From the sequence record SRR20825019_1299: a DNA stretch of 34,932 nucleotides, one strand, 5' to 3'. This document shows, one piece after another, positions 26,208 to 34,932 of this stretch (the first letter of the stretch is position 1; the number at the start of each line of letters is the position of its first letter). The translations under genes were made by a program, and so were the position numbers. Below the pieces are notes generated by a model. That model was not told the DNA's origin. It searched no databases and saw only the letters and a list, made by a program, of their open reading frames with translations.

Positions 26208-28295
26208 GTGAATATTTCAAAAGATATATTAAAAAAAGCCTTTAAAAATCTAGTTACTGCAAAAGCAATGACGGAGATTTATGAGGAAAATTTTAAAACA
26301 GTTTCAAAATACGTACATGCTACCTCGCGCGGTCACGAAGTGATTCAAACCGCTGTTGGTATGCAACTTTTACCACAAGATTATGCTTTTCCCTACTATA
26401 GGGATGATTCTATTTTGCTTGCAATAGGCATGACACCTTACGAGTTAATGCTTCAGGTTTTGGCAAAAAAAGACGACCCTTTTTCTGGTGGAAGAACCTA
26501 TTATTCTCATCCAAGTTTAAAAGATATTGATAAGCCAAAAATTCCGCATCAAAGTTCAGCTACTGGTATGCAGGCTATTCCTGCTACGGGTGTAGCAATG
26601 GGGTTTTGGTATAAAGAAAGCCTCTCCCAAACCCTCTCTAAAGGAGAGGATTTACCATTTGAAATTTCTCCTTTGGAGGCTAAGGGGATTGTAGTTTGTA
26701 GCTTGGGTGATGCCTCCGTAACCGAAGGAGAAATTGCTGAAGCCTTCCAAATGGCGGCTTTAAAACAATTACCAATACTTTATTTAGTTCAAGATAATGG
26801 CTGGGATATTTCTGCAAATGCAGCAGAAACACGTGCGCAAAATGCTTTTGAATATGCAAAAGGATTTCACGGACTTGAAGCAGTTTCAATTGATGGAACC
26901 GATTTTGAAGAAAGTTATAATACCGTAAAGGATGTAATTTCAAAAATAAGAACAGAACGGCGCCCTTTTTTAATTCATGCAAAAGTTCCCCTATTAAACC
27001 ACCATACTTCTGGCGTTCGTATGGAATTTTATCGTGATGATTTGGATGAAGCAAAAAGCCGAGACCCATATCCAAAGTTGAAAAAATTACTTTTAGAAAA
27101 TGATTTTTCAGAAAAAGACCTTTCGGAAATTGAACAAAATGCCAATAAAGAAGTTAAAAAATCTTTAGAAAATGCCTTGAAGGCGGAAGATCCAAAACCA
27201 GAAGATTTATTTACCCACGATTTTGCTCCTACCGAAATTACTGAAGAAGTTGGAGTTCGTTCTCCAAAAGGCGGTGAAAAAGTTGTTATGGTAGATTGTG
27301 CCTTGTTTGCTATTGAAGAATTGATGGCAAAGCACAAAGAATGTTTGCTTTACGGGCAAGATGTTGGCGGACGTTTAGGCGGTGTTTTTCGCGAAGCAGC
27401 GACTTTGGCTCAGAAATTTGGCGATAATCGTGTATTTAATACACCAATTCAAGAAGCTTTTATTGTTGGAAGTACTGTTGGAATGAGTGCTGTTGGCTTA
27501 AAACCAATTGTTGAGGTTCAATTTGCAGATTATATTTGGCCTGGGCTAAATCAATTATTTACGGAGGTTAGTCGTAGTTGTTATCTTTCCAACGGTAAAT
27601 GGCCGGTTTCTATGATATTGCGTGTTCCTATTGGTGCATACGGCAGTGGTGGTCCATATCATTCTTCGTCAGTAGAAAGTGTAGTAACAAATATTCGAGG
27701 GCTTAAAATTGCGTATCCTAGTAATGGAGCCGATTTAAAAGGACTGCTAAAAGCTGCGTATTACGATCCAAATCCAGTTGTAATTTTTGAACATAAAGGG
27801 TTGTATTGGAGTAAAGTAAAAGGCACAAAAGGAGCGACTTCAGTGATGCCAGATGAAGATTATATGTTGCCTTTTGGGAAAGCTTGGGTTTTACAGGAAA
27901 TCTGGAAGCAAGAAGAAATAGATACACTTTCAATAATTACTTATGGAATGGGGGTGCATTGGGCAATGAATGCTTCAGAAGAACTTGGAATGCAAGATAA
28001 AATTGAAGTGGTAGATTTACGAACGCTTCATCCTTTGGATTATGAAACTGTTTTCAAATCTGTAAAAAAATGTGGAAAATGTCTTGTTGTAACCGAAGAA
28101 CCTTCAGATAATGGTTTTAGCAGGGCCTTGCAAGGAAGAATTCAAGAAGAATGTTTTCAGCAATTGGATGCGCCAGTAATGCTTATTGGTTCAGAGAATA
28201 TGCCTGCAATTCCTTTAAACTCTACTTTGGAAGAAACAATGATTCCTTCTACAGAAAAAGTGAAGAAAAAGATTTTGGACGTTTTGAATTATTAG
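26208..28295 (+). CDS. 2-oxoacid dehydrogenase E1, fused alpha/beta (branched-chain-type)
   Basis: ThDP motif GDASVTEG..QDNGW; beta half GQDVGG.LGGVFR, NTPIQE, EVQFADY, GGPYHS; GTG start. Confidence 0.92.
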   Translation: MNISKDILKKAFKNLVTAKAMTEIYEENFKTVSKYVHATSRGHEVIQTAVGMQLLPQDYAFPYYRDDSILLAIGMTPYELMLQVLAKKDDPFSGGRTYYSHPSLKDIDKPKIPHQSSATGMQAIPATGVAMGFWYKESLSQTLSKGEDLPFEISPLEAKGIVVCSLGDASVTEGEIAEAFQMAALKQLPILYLVQDNGWDISANAAETRAQNAFEYAKGFHGLEAVSIDGTDFEESYNTVKDVISKIRTERRPFLIHAKVPLLNHHTSGVRMEFYRDDLDEAKSRDPYPKLKKLLLENDFSEKDLSEIEQNANKEVKKSLENALKAEDPKPEDLFTHDFAPTEITEEVGVRSPKGGEKVVMVDCALFAIEELMAKHKECLLYGQDVGGRLGGVFREAATLAQKFGDNRVFNTPIQEAFIVGSTVGMSAVGLKPIVEVQFADYIWPGLNQLFTEVSRSCYLSNGKWPVSMILRVPIGAYGSGGPYHSSSVESVVTNIRGLKIAYPSNGADLKGLLKAAYYDPNPVVIFEHKGLYWSKVKGTKGATSVMPDEDYMLPFGKAWVLQEIWKQEEIDTLSIITYGMGVHWAMNASEELGMQDKIEVVDLRTLHPLDYETVFKSVKKCGKCLVVTEEPSDNGFSRALQGRIQEECFQQLDAPVMLIGSENMPAIPLNSTLEETMIPSTEKVKKKILDVLNY
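26620..26687. repeat. REP-like double-hairpin palindrome inside the E1 coding sequence
   Basis: GCCTCTCCCAAACCCTCTCTAAAGGAGAGG..TCTCCTTTGGAGGCTAAGGGG; 26636-26647 and 26667-26678 are inverted repeats at 11/12. Confidence 0.7.
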
Positions 28296-28315
28296 TTTTG
28301 CGTATCTTCGAACTG

Positions 28316-29935
28316 ATGAGAATGAATAAAACATTTATATTATTTTTATTATTAGCGGTACCGTATACTTCGTTTTCGCAGGTGGAAGTTTCTGTGCTTA
28401 TAGATAGTTTAGCCAAGGTTTCTGGGCCTTCAGAGAAAACCATGTTAAGCTTAAAAGTTGCTTCAGCTTTAGCAGATGAAGATTGGGAACGCACCAGATA
28501 TTATATAGATATCGCTAAGGAAAATGCACTTAAAGCAAATTCTGAAAAGGTTTTAGCAGATTTTCATAAAAAACTTGGTGAGATTTATTCTGATAAGGAT
28601 GCTTTAGATATTTCACTTGAAAATTATATAAAAGCCTATGAGTTTTATGAATCTCGGGAAGCATCAGAACGGTTTAAATTAGAAAATAATATGGCGATTG
28701 TTTACGCCAGAACCGCTAACCCAAAGAGCGCACTTCGGTTTTTTCAGAAAGTTTATGATTATCAGCAAACTCGAAATGATAGCCTTAACCTAGCATCTAT
28801 TTTAAACAATATGGGGCGAATTTGGCTTGAAAAAGATTCAGATTCTGCTTTATTTTATTTTAAAAAGTCCCTACGCCTTGCTGAAAATATTCAAAACCCT
28901 AACCTAAAAGTTTATCTCTACACCAATTTGGGAAAAAGCTATATGCTTAAAGAAGACTATGTTAATGCTAAAAAGTATTATAATAGTGCTATTTCTGAGA
29001 TATCACCAAAGATAGACCCACAAAATATAGCTTGGTTGTACAATGAGTTTTCAGAATATTATAGAAACCTATCTGAGCTAGATTCAGCAATAATCTTTTC
29101 AGAAAAAGCTGTAAAAACAATGGATAGTGTGGCTCCTTATAGTTTTCAACAGCAACGCGCGGTGAAATTTCTTTATAAATCGTATTTAGCAAAAGAGGAG
29201 TTTGAAAAGGCTTCAAATTATTTTGAAAAATACACTACAATTTCTGATACCATAAATTTAGAAGATAAACGTGTAAATGTTGAAAAGCTTCTAATTGCTG
29301 AAGAATATCGCAATAAGGAGAAAATAAGGGAACTTGAAGAAAGTAAAAGGCAATCACGTAATTATATAATTCTGTTGGCATTACTTGCTGCATTATTAAT
29401 TTTGGGAATGTTGCTTTATCGTTTCCGAAATAAATTAAAACGCTCCGAACTTGAAAAACAACTAGCAACCGCAAAACAAAAGGAGCTTAATGTAGATTTA
29501 GAGTTAAAAAATAAAGAATTGATAGGCAAAGCAATGATAGAGATGCACCGCACCGAAATTATTGAAGATATATTAGGAGATTTAAAAGAAATAAAGCTTA
29601 AAGCTGCGAAGAAAGAAACTCAAAATGCTATTGATTATATCGCCAAGCGATTAAAGCGTGATACTTCTACTAATATTTGGGAGGAATTTGAACTTAGATT
29701 TGAACAAGTTCACGAATCTTTCTATAAAAATTTATTACAAAAACACCCAGATTTAACACCTAGAGATAAAAGGCTATGTGCTTTATTAAAATTAAACCTT
29801 ACTTCAAAAGAGGTGGCGCAGATTACTGGACAATCTTCAAAATCTGTTGAAAATGCCCGCACTCGACTCCGCAAAAAGCTAAATATTACAAATTCTCATA
29901 CAGATTTGTCTGCTTATTTGTCCAATTTCGGATAA
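28316..29935 (+). CDS. Membrane-spanning TPR sensor with C-terminal LuxR-type HTH
   Basis: Signal peptide from ATG 28316 or 28322, TPR repeats (LASILNNMGRIW, YTNLGKSY), TM helix, coiled coil, PDLTPRDKRLCALLKLNLTSKEVA..SVENARTRLRKKL. Confidence 0.85.
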   Translation: MRMNKTFILFLLLAVPYTSFSQVEVSVLIDSLAKVSGPSEKTMLSLKVASALADEDWERTRYYIDIAKENALKANSEKVLADFHKKLGEIYSDKDALDISLENYIKAYEFYESREASERFKLENNMAIVYARTANPKSALRFFQKVYDYQQTRNDSLNLASILNNMGRIWLEKDSDSALFYFKKSLRLAENIQNPNLKVYLYTNLGKSYMLKEDYVNAKKYYNSAISEISPKIDPQNIAWLYNEFSEYYRNLSELDSAIIFSEKAVKTMDSVAPYSFQQQRAVKFLYKSYLAKEEFEKASNYFEKYTTISDTINLEDKRVNVEKLLIAEEYRNKEKIRELEESKRQSRNYIILLALLAALLILGMLLYRFRNKLKRSELEKQLATAKQKELNVDLELKNKELIGKAMIEMHRTEIIEDILGDLKEIKLKAAKKETQNAIDYIAKRLKRDTSTNIWEEFELRFEQVHESFYKNLLQKHPDLTPRDKRLCALLKLNLTSKEVAQITGQSSKSVENARTRLRKKLNITNSHTDLSAYLSNFG

Positions 29936-29961
29936 TTAAATAAATTATTTAATATACTGAC

Positions 29962-29988
29962 ACTCAATTTTTTATAAAAAATTGAGTG
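29962..29988. promoter_or_regulatory. Perfect 12-bp inverted repeat; weak terminator or protein-binding site
   Basis: CACTCAATTTTT-ATA-AAAAATTGAGTG, 26 nt after the regulator stop; no U-tract. Confidence 0.45.
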
Positions 29989-30063
29989 GTGATGCTATAT
30001 ATTATTTTTAAAAGTGAGTGTTTTTGAAAGGGCTGGAAATTATTTTCTTTTTATTTCGTCGGC

Positions 30064-30071
30064 TACATTTG
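30064..30071 (+). promoter_or_regulatory. Bacteroidota -7 promoter element
   Basis: TACATTTG upstream of the small ORF and T9SS cargo gene. Confidence 0.5.
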
Positions 30072-30099
30072 AGGAAGTTTTGAACCCCAAATTATTTCA

Positions 30100-30231
30100 A
30101 TGAAAAATAAACCGAAAGAAGATAACGAATTAAACGAGTTGCTTGAAAACAACAGGGATAAAAAGAATGCATTAAAAAAAATTATTGAAGAATTGGATAA
30201 GAAAGATAAAACAACAAAGAAGTCAAACTAA
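30100..30231 (+). CDS. Small charged hypothetical protein (43 aa)
   Basis: MKNKPKEDNELNELLENNRDKKNALKKIIEELDKKDKTTKKSN; ends 11 nt before the next ATG; below the ORF-track cutoff. Confidence 0.45.
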   Translation: MKNKPKEDNELNELLENNRDKKNALKKIIEELDKKDKTTKKSN

Positions 30232-30242
30232 AAATTAATATT

Positions 30243-31847
30243 ATGAAAAAACTATTTACAATTACTTTATTATTAAGTGTGTTCATAGCTTCGGCACAAT
30301 GGACAACTGATACAGATGCAAACACATTAGTGGCCGAATCTGTGGTAGATGATATGAAAGCCAGAGGTACTTCTGATGGACTAACATATGTTGCTTTTTG
30401 GAAGCCTGTTTCTACAGCAAATAATTATGAATTACGCCTACAAGTATTGGATGCTGATGGTAATCAAACTTTAGGAAGTGATGGTGTATTGGTAAGTGAC
30501 CAAATACCTATGGGAACGTTCGTAGTTACTTGGGTTATGGAAGTAGACGCCGATAACAATCTTTATTTAGGTGTTACGGGCACAGGAAGTGGTAATCCAG
30601 CTTTTGTTTTTAAAATGGATACAGACGGAACACAGCTATGGGGTGCTAATGGTTTAAGTATTGGTAGTGGTTTTTCTGTTCGTGTAATGCCTCTTTCAGC
30701 TGGTGGAGCAATTGTTAGCTGGCTTGCAGGTAGTGGAACAGTAATGCAGAAATACGATAGTACTGGTACTGCGGTTTGGCCTGCTGTTCAGCCTATTGTA
30801 TTGGCTGGAAGTAATACAGCTCCAGGTAGCTTTTTTGAAATTTCTGGAGGTGATTATATTGCAGTTTTCCATGAAAGATTTACAGGAGTAGCTTCTAGAC
30901 TATACGCACAACGTTACGATACTGATGGTAATTCTGTATGGGCAAACCCAACACAACTTTCAGATAGAGGTACTTCATGGAACAGAGATTATTACGGTGT
31001 TGTAGACGGTGATGTTGTATATATGGGGTATTATTCTACAGTAGGTGTACGTTTTGATTCATACCTTCAACGAATCAATCCAGATGGTACTCTTCCTTGG
31101 GGAATTAATGGATCTGATTTTGATATAAATACAGCTGATTATGAAGTTGATACAGCTATTGCTTTTGAACCAGGTTCGCAACATATTTGGGAGTTAAGTA
31201 CTTATAGTAACCAAGGTTTAACAGGTACATTTGTTCAAAAATTTGATAAAGATAGTGGTGCACGTTTATTTACAGATAACGCTAAAGAAGTTTTTGCTGT
31301 AGGTACTGATAAAGTTCAAATGGCTAGTCTACGTTTACAAAATGGAACCCCTCTTTTTGTTATGAAAGAAGGATTTGATAACGGTGCTAGTCCAACTTCA
31401 CTTCATGTAGTTCATTTAGATGAAAACGGTGATTTTGCATGGCAAGAAGAATCTCGTCCACTTGCTACTTTTATGGAAAATAAAGGAAGAATCCAATTCA
31501 CACAAATCGCAAATATGCAAAATGTAGTAGTATTTGTTGAAGATAAAGGTGCTGGTCTTAAAATTTATGCTCAGAATGTTGAAGACGATACTGCGGGTGT
31601 AGAAACATTTTCAACCCAAGATGTATTTATTGCAAACCCAGTAAAAAATGAAATGGTTGTAAATAGCAATTCATCTATTGAAGCAATTTCCATATTTAAT
31701 GTATTAGGTCAGCAAGTTTTAAGTGCTAAATATAGCGGTGAAAACACTATAACTATCAATACTCAAAATTGGAATTCAGGGATGTACTTTGTAAAAATTT
31801 CTGATGAAAATAATAAAGTAAAAAGCATTAAGGTTATTAAAGAATAA
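30243..31847 (+). CDS. T9SS type A sorting-domain protein, probable beta-propeller
   Basis: Signal peptide; about 7 recurring DxxGxxxW(GxNG) motifs; CTD NPVKN..IFNVLGQQV..SGMYFVKI..KVIKE. Confidence 0.85.
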   Translation: MKKLFTITLLLSVFIASAQWTTDTDANTLVAESVVDDMKARGTSDGLTYVAFWKPVSTANNYELRLQVLDADGNQTLGSDGVLVSDQIPMGTFVVTWVMEVDADNNLYLGVTGTGSGNPAFVFKMDTDGTQLWGANGLSIGSGFSVRVMPLSAGGAIVSWLAGSGTVMQKYDSTGTAVWPAVQPIVLAGSNTAPGSFFEISGGDYIAVFHERFTGVASRLYAQRYDTDGNSVWANPTQLSDRGTSWNRDYYGVVDGDVVYMGYYSTVGVRFDSYLQRINPDGTLPWGINGSDFDINTADYEVDTAIAFEPGSQHIWELSTYSNQGLTGTFVQKFDKDSGARLFTDNAKEVFAVGTDKVQMASLRLQNGTPLFVMKEGFDNGASPTSLHVVHLDENGDFAWQEESRPLATFMENKGRIQFTQIANMQNVVVFVEDKGAGLKIYAQNVEDDTAGVETFSTQDVFIANPVKNEMVVNSNSSIEAISIFNVLGQQVLSAKYSGENTITINTQNWNSGMYFVKISDENNKVKSIKVIKE

Positions 31848-31881
31848 TGCATTTTATTTTTTAGAAATTTTAATTTCATAA

Positions 31882-31916
31882 AAAAGCGGTCATCTAAATT
31901 TTAGATGACCGCTTTT
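31882..31916. terminator. Bidirectional intrinsic terminator
   Basis: Perfect 17-bp inverted repeat AAAAGCGGTCATCTAAA-T-TTTAGATGACCGCTTTT between convergent genes. Confidence 0.9.
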
Positions 31917-31932
31917 ACTTTTATAAAGATTT

Positions 31933-32466
31933 TTATTTAGCTATACTAGGAGGGTATTTCGCTAAAATTTCAGAAACTATTTCTCGAATTCGTTCTTCTT
32001 TTTTCTCCATAGAACTCAGTACCAAATCTGCACTACCCATTCCTTGCCAGACTAATTTATTTGTTTTGGCATCAATTAAATCTATATATAGTGTGCCTTC
32101 GGTTGATTTAGAAACCATACTGCCGCTATAGCCTCCGTAATACCATGGGTTCCATCCCCAGCCATACCCAAAACGATTGTTGTAAACATCTACACGCTCA
32201 CGTTCTTTGGTGAAAATGCTAACAAGTAGGTTGGGAGTCTCAGATTTAGTCATGCCTTTAATAGTTAGATTTTCTTCAATAGCGCGAAGAATTCTCTTTT
32301 TGTCTAGGTCGCTAATTTCAGCTTTATCTATTCCTGGTCTAAAAAAGGCGAAGGAATTATACTGATTAAAATCTACTTCTTTATCATAATCTGTTGCTAC
32401 GCGAACCGTAGCACATGAAGTGAAAACAAAAAGAAACAACAACGGTAAAAATTTAAATGCTTTCAT
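31933..32466 (-). CDS. DUF4136 family lipoprotein
   Basis: Lipobox FTSC; DYD...DF..Y.SF, EGTLYIDLIDA....LVWQG, terminal YPP. Confidence 0.85.
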   Translation of the reverse strand: MKAFKFLPLLFLFVFTSCATVRVATDYDKEVDFNQYNSFAFFRPGIDKAEISDLDKKRILRAIEENLTIKGMTKSETPNLLVSIFTKERERVDVYNNRFGYGWGWNPWYYGGYSGSMVSKSTEGTLYIDLIDAKTNKLVWQGMGSADLVLSSMEKKEERIREIVSEILAKYPPSIAK

Positions 32467-32477
32467 AGTAATTTTTT

Positions 32478-34460
32478 TTAGGTGAATAAACTATCATCAA
32501 CAAAATTAGGAAGCGTAACTTTTAAGTTTGGATTGCTATCCATCGCTCTTTTTATAGCAAAAACAGCTTCGTCATTTCGCGCCCAGCTACGTCTTGCAAT
32601 TCCATTATTAACATCCCAGAAAAGCATGTTTTCTAAACGTCGTTGTGCGTCTGTACTTCCATCAAGAACCATACCGAAGCCTCCGTTTATAACTTCGCCC
32701 CAACCAACGCCACCACCGTTGTGAATGCTTACCCAAGTAGCGCCGCGAAAGCTATCGCCTATCACATTCTGTATAGCCATATCGGCTGTAAATCTACTTC
32801 CATCATAAATATTTGAAGTTTCACGATACGGGGAATCCGTGCCTGAAACATCATGATGATCACGCCCTAAAATAACTGGCCCAATTTTTCCTTCTGAAAT
32901 AGCCTTATTGAAAGCAGATGCTATTTGTACGCGTCCATCAGAATCTGCATAAAGGATACGCGCCTGCGAACCAACCACAAGTTTGTTTTCCTGTGCACCT
33001 TTTATCCACGTTATATTATCCTGCATTTGTTGCTGAATCTCATCAGGAGAATTTTTCATTAAATCTTCTAAGACTTCACAAGCAATTTCATCCGTTTTTT
33101 GTAAATCTTCTGGTTTTCCTGAAGCACAAACCCATCGGAAGGGTCCGAAGCCATAATCAAAACACATGGGCCCCATGATATCTTGAACATAGGAAGGGTA
33201 TTTAAACTCCTTATTTTTTTCATCTGAAAGCACATCGGCACCTGCACGAGATGCTTCCAAAAGAAACGCATTTCCATAATCAAAAAAGTAAGTGCCAGCC
33301 GCAGTATGTTTATTGATAGCTTCTACTTGGCGTTGCAAACTTTTTTGGATTTCTTTTTTGAATTGTTCCGGCTTGTTAGCCATCATTTCGTTGGCTTCTT
33401 CATAAGTTAAACCAGCTGGATAATATCCACCAGCCCAAGGATTGTGAAGCGAAGTTTGGTCGCTTCCTAAGTCAATTTTTAGTGCATCTTCAGCAAATTT
33501 TTCCCAAACTTCAACCACATTCCCATCATAGGCAATTGAAACAGTTTCTTTATTGTTAGTAGCTTCTTTTACTCTTTTTGAAAGTTGATCTAAATCTGAA
33601 ATTACTTCATCTACCCAACCTTGGCTATGTCTGGTTTTTGTAGCTTTTTTGTTTACTTCGGCGCAAACCGTTACACAACCCGCAATGTTTCCGGCTTTTG
33701 GTTGTGCGCCACTCATTCCACCAAGGCCAGAGGTTACAAAAAGACCACCTTTAGGATCTTTTTTAATTTTTCTAAAACCATTTAAAACCGTAATTGTAGT
33801 TCCATGAACAATTCCTTGTGGGCCAATATACATATAGCTGCCCGCCGTCATTTGCCCGTATTGGGTTACACCAAGTGCATTAAATTTTTCCCAATCGTCC
33901 GGTTTTGAGTAATTAGGTATCATCATTCCATTGGTTACAACCACTCGCGGAGCATCCTTATGCGATGGAAATAAACCAAGTGGATGCCCAGAATAAACGG
34001 CCATAGTTTGCTCATCGGTCATTTCTGAAAGATATTTCATCACCAAAAGATACTGTGCCCAGTTTTGAAACACAGCACCATTTCCGCCGTAAGTAATAAG
34101 CTCATGCGGATGTTGTGCTACGGCATAGTCTAAATTATTATGAATCATCAACATTATGGCTTTTGCTTGAGTTGATTTGCCAGGATATTCTGCTATTGGA
34201 CGGGCATATATTTTATAATCTGGACGGAAACGATACATATAGATACGACCATATTTTTCAAGTTCATCACGAAATTCAGGTAATAACGTGCTATGATGTT
34301 CTGGTTCAAAATAGCGGAGTGCATTCCGTAACGCCAGTTCTTTTTCTTCTTTTGTAAGAATATCTTTTCGTTTTGGCGCGTGATTAATAGAAGGATCGTA
34401 AGGTTTTTTTTCTGGAAGAACGGAAGGAATCCCTTGCTTGATTTGGTCTTTAAAATTCAT
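32478..34460 (-). CDS. hutU: Urocanate hydratase, long Bacteroidota form
   Basis: YGQMTAGSYMYIGPQGIVHGT, GLGGMSGAQ, SDQTSLHN, GRDHHD, HNGGGVGWG. Confidence 0.96.
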   Translation of the reverse strand: MNFKDQIKQGIPSVLPEKKPYDPSINHAPKRKDILTKEEKELALRNALRYFEPEHHSTLLPEFRDELEKYGRIYMYRFRPDYKIYARPIAEYPGKSTQAKAIMLMIHNNLDYAVAQHPHELITYGGNGAVFQNWAQYLLVMKYLSEMTDEQTMAVYSGHPLGLFPSHKDAPRVVVTNGMMIPNYSKPDDWEKFNALGVTQYGQMTAGSYMYIGPQGIVHGTTITVLNGFRKIKKDPKGGLFVTSGLGGMSGAQPKAGNIAGCVTVCAEVNKKATKTRHSQGWVDEVISDLDQLSKRVKEATNNKETVSIAYDGNVVEVWEKFAEDALKIDLGSDQTSLHNPWAGGYYPAGLTYEEANEMMANKPEQFKKEIQKSLQRQVEAINKHTAAGTYFFDYGNAFLLEASRAGADVLSDEKNKEFKYPSYVQDIMGPMCFDYGFGPFRWVCASGKPEDLQKTDEIACEVLEDLMKNSPDEIQQQMQDNITWIKGAQENKLVVGSQARILYADSDGRVQIASAFNKAISEGKIGPVILGRDHHDVSGTDSPYRETSNIYDGSRFTADMAIQNVIGDSFRGATWVSIHNGGGVGWGEVINGGFGMVLDGSTDAQRRLENMLFWDVNNGIARRSWARNDEAVFAIKRAMDSNPNLKVTLPNFVDDSLFT

Positions 34461-34529
34461 TTTGTATTTTTTTCTAACAAACTATATAACTAATTAATAC
34501 GTGCTTTTTTAAAACTCACATCCACAATA

Positions 34530-34703
34530 TTATTTTTCAACCCTGCCTCGGTTTTTATTAAAACCATATGGGCAATGACGACATCCGCTTTGGCAGCAAT
34601 AGCCACGCTTTAGATGATATTGCTCCGTAAAACATTTGTACCCTTCCGGAGTTAGGTAGTAATCGCCTTCTTCGAGTTCTATTTTTTTCTTTGGAAAAAG
34701 CAT
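34530..34703 (-). CDS. Small Cys-rich protein, DUF5522-like (57 aa)
   Basis: Manual translation MLFPKKKIELEEGDYYLTPEGYKCFTEQYHLKRGYCCQSGCRHCPYGFNKNRGRVEK; not in the ORF track. Confidence 0.85.
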   Translation of the reverse strand: MLFPKKKIELEEGDYYLTPEGYKCFTEQYHLKRGYCCQSGCRHCPYGFNKNRGRVEK

Positions 34704-34776
34704 ATTACAAAAGTAAGGATTTCAATATTGAAAGCTTTATAATCAATGCAAATCCGTTGATTTAGTATTTAAGCTT

Positions 34777-34784
34777 TAAATTTG
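34777..34784 (+). promoter_or_regulatory. Bacteroidota -7 promoter element for era
   Basis: TAAATTTG 19 nt upstream of ATG 34804. Confidence 0.55.
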
Positions 34785-34803
34785 CAAAACCAATTCTAAA
34801 GAA

Positions 34804-34932
34804 ATGACAAAACATAAAGCTGGCTTCGTAAACATTATAGGAAACCCAAACGTAGGTAAAAGCACCCTTATGAATGCGTTTGTGGGCGAGCGACTCTCTA
34901 TAATTACTTCAAAAGCGCAAACCACGCGCCAC
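34804..34932 (+). CDS. era: GTPase Era, 3' truncated by window edge
   Basis: [43 protein letters not shown] (G1 and G2 motifs). Confidence 0.95.
   Translation, partial: MTKHKAGFVNIIGNPNVGKSTLMNAFVGERLSIITSKAQTTRH

Noticed and set aside
28151-28315. ORF-track N-terminal extension of the TPR-LuxR gene
   Set aside because: Overlaps the E1 gene by 145 nt; a clean signal peptide begins at ATG 28316 or 28322.
32478-34460. Unusually long urocanase as a sign of eukaryotic transfer
   Set aside because: The roughly 660-aa form is ordinary in Bacteroidota.

Overview
AT-rich chromosomal window from a Bacteroidota genome, most likely Flavobacteriaceae (TAnnTTTG promoters, a GLPGLI protein, T9SS cargo). 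The flanks hold housekeeping and envelope genes: hppA, a deoxynucleoside kinase, a GLPGLI protein with an outer-membrane barrel, DUF4230, rhodanese, DUF4136, hutU, DUF5522 and era. The core is a ~20 kb phenylalanine/phenylacetate catabolic locus: divergent long-form phhA, a TetR regulator, then paaE-A-B-C-D-G-H-I-(ypfJ-like)-J-(RHH/MazF toxin-antitoxin pair)-Z-crotonase-Y followed by 2-oxoacid dehydrogenase E2 and fused E1. No paaK lies in the window. The most unusual signal is at the gene junctions of the paa operon, most of which carry degenerate 7-bp-period tandem arrays, usually as an inverted pair and mostly with different heptamer units. Two pairs enclose a four-helix-bundle (23S rRNA IVP/Avd-like) gene, one intact and one doubly frameshifted; five pairs are empty and two arrays are lone arms. 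This suggests a transposase-less cassette or intervening-sequence system that has repeatedly entered and left the operon, apparently supplying the starts and N-termini of paaD and paaH. Also seen: a REP-like palindrome in frame inside the E1 gene, a PaaR-like operator on the paaE promoter, a DinB-like domain fused to PaaZ, and two small ORFs missing from the ORF track. Family assignments are by motif recognition only; no searches were run.
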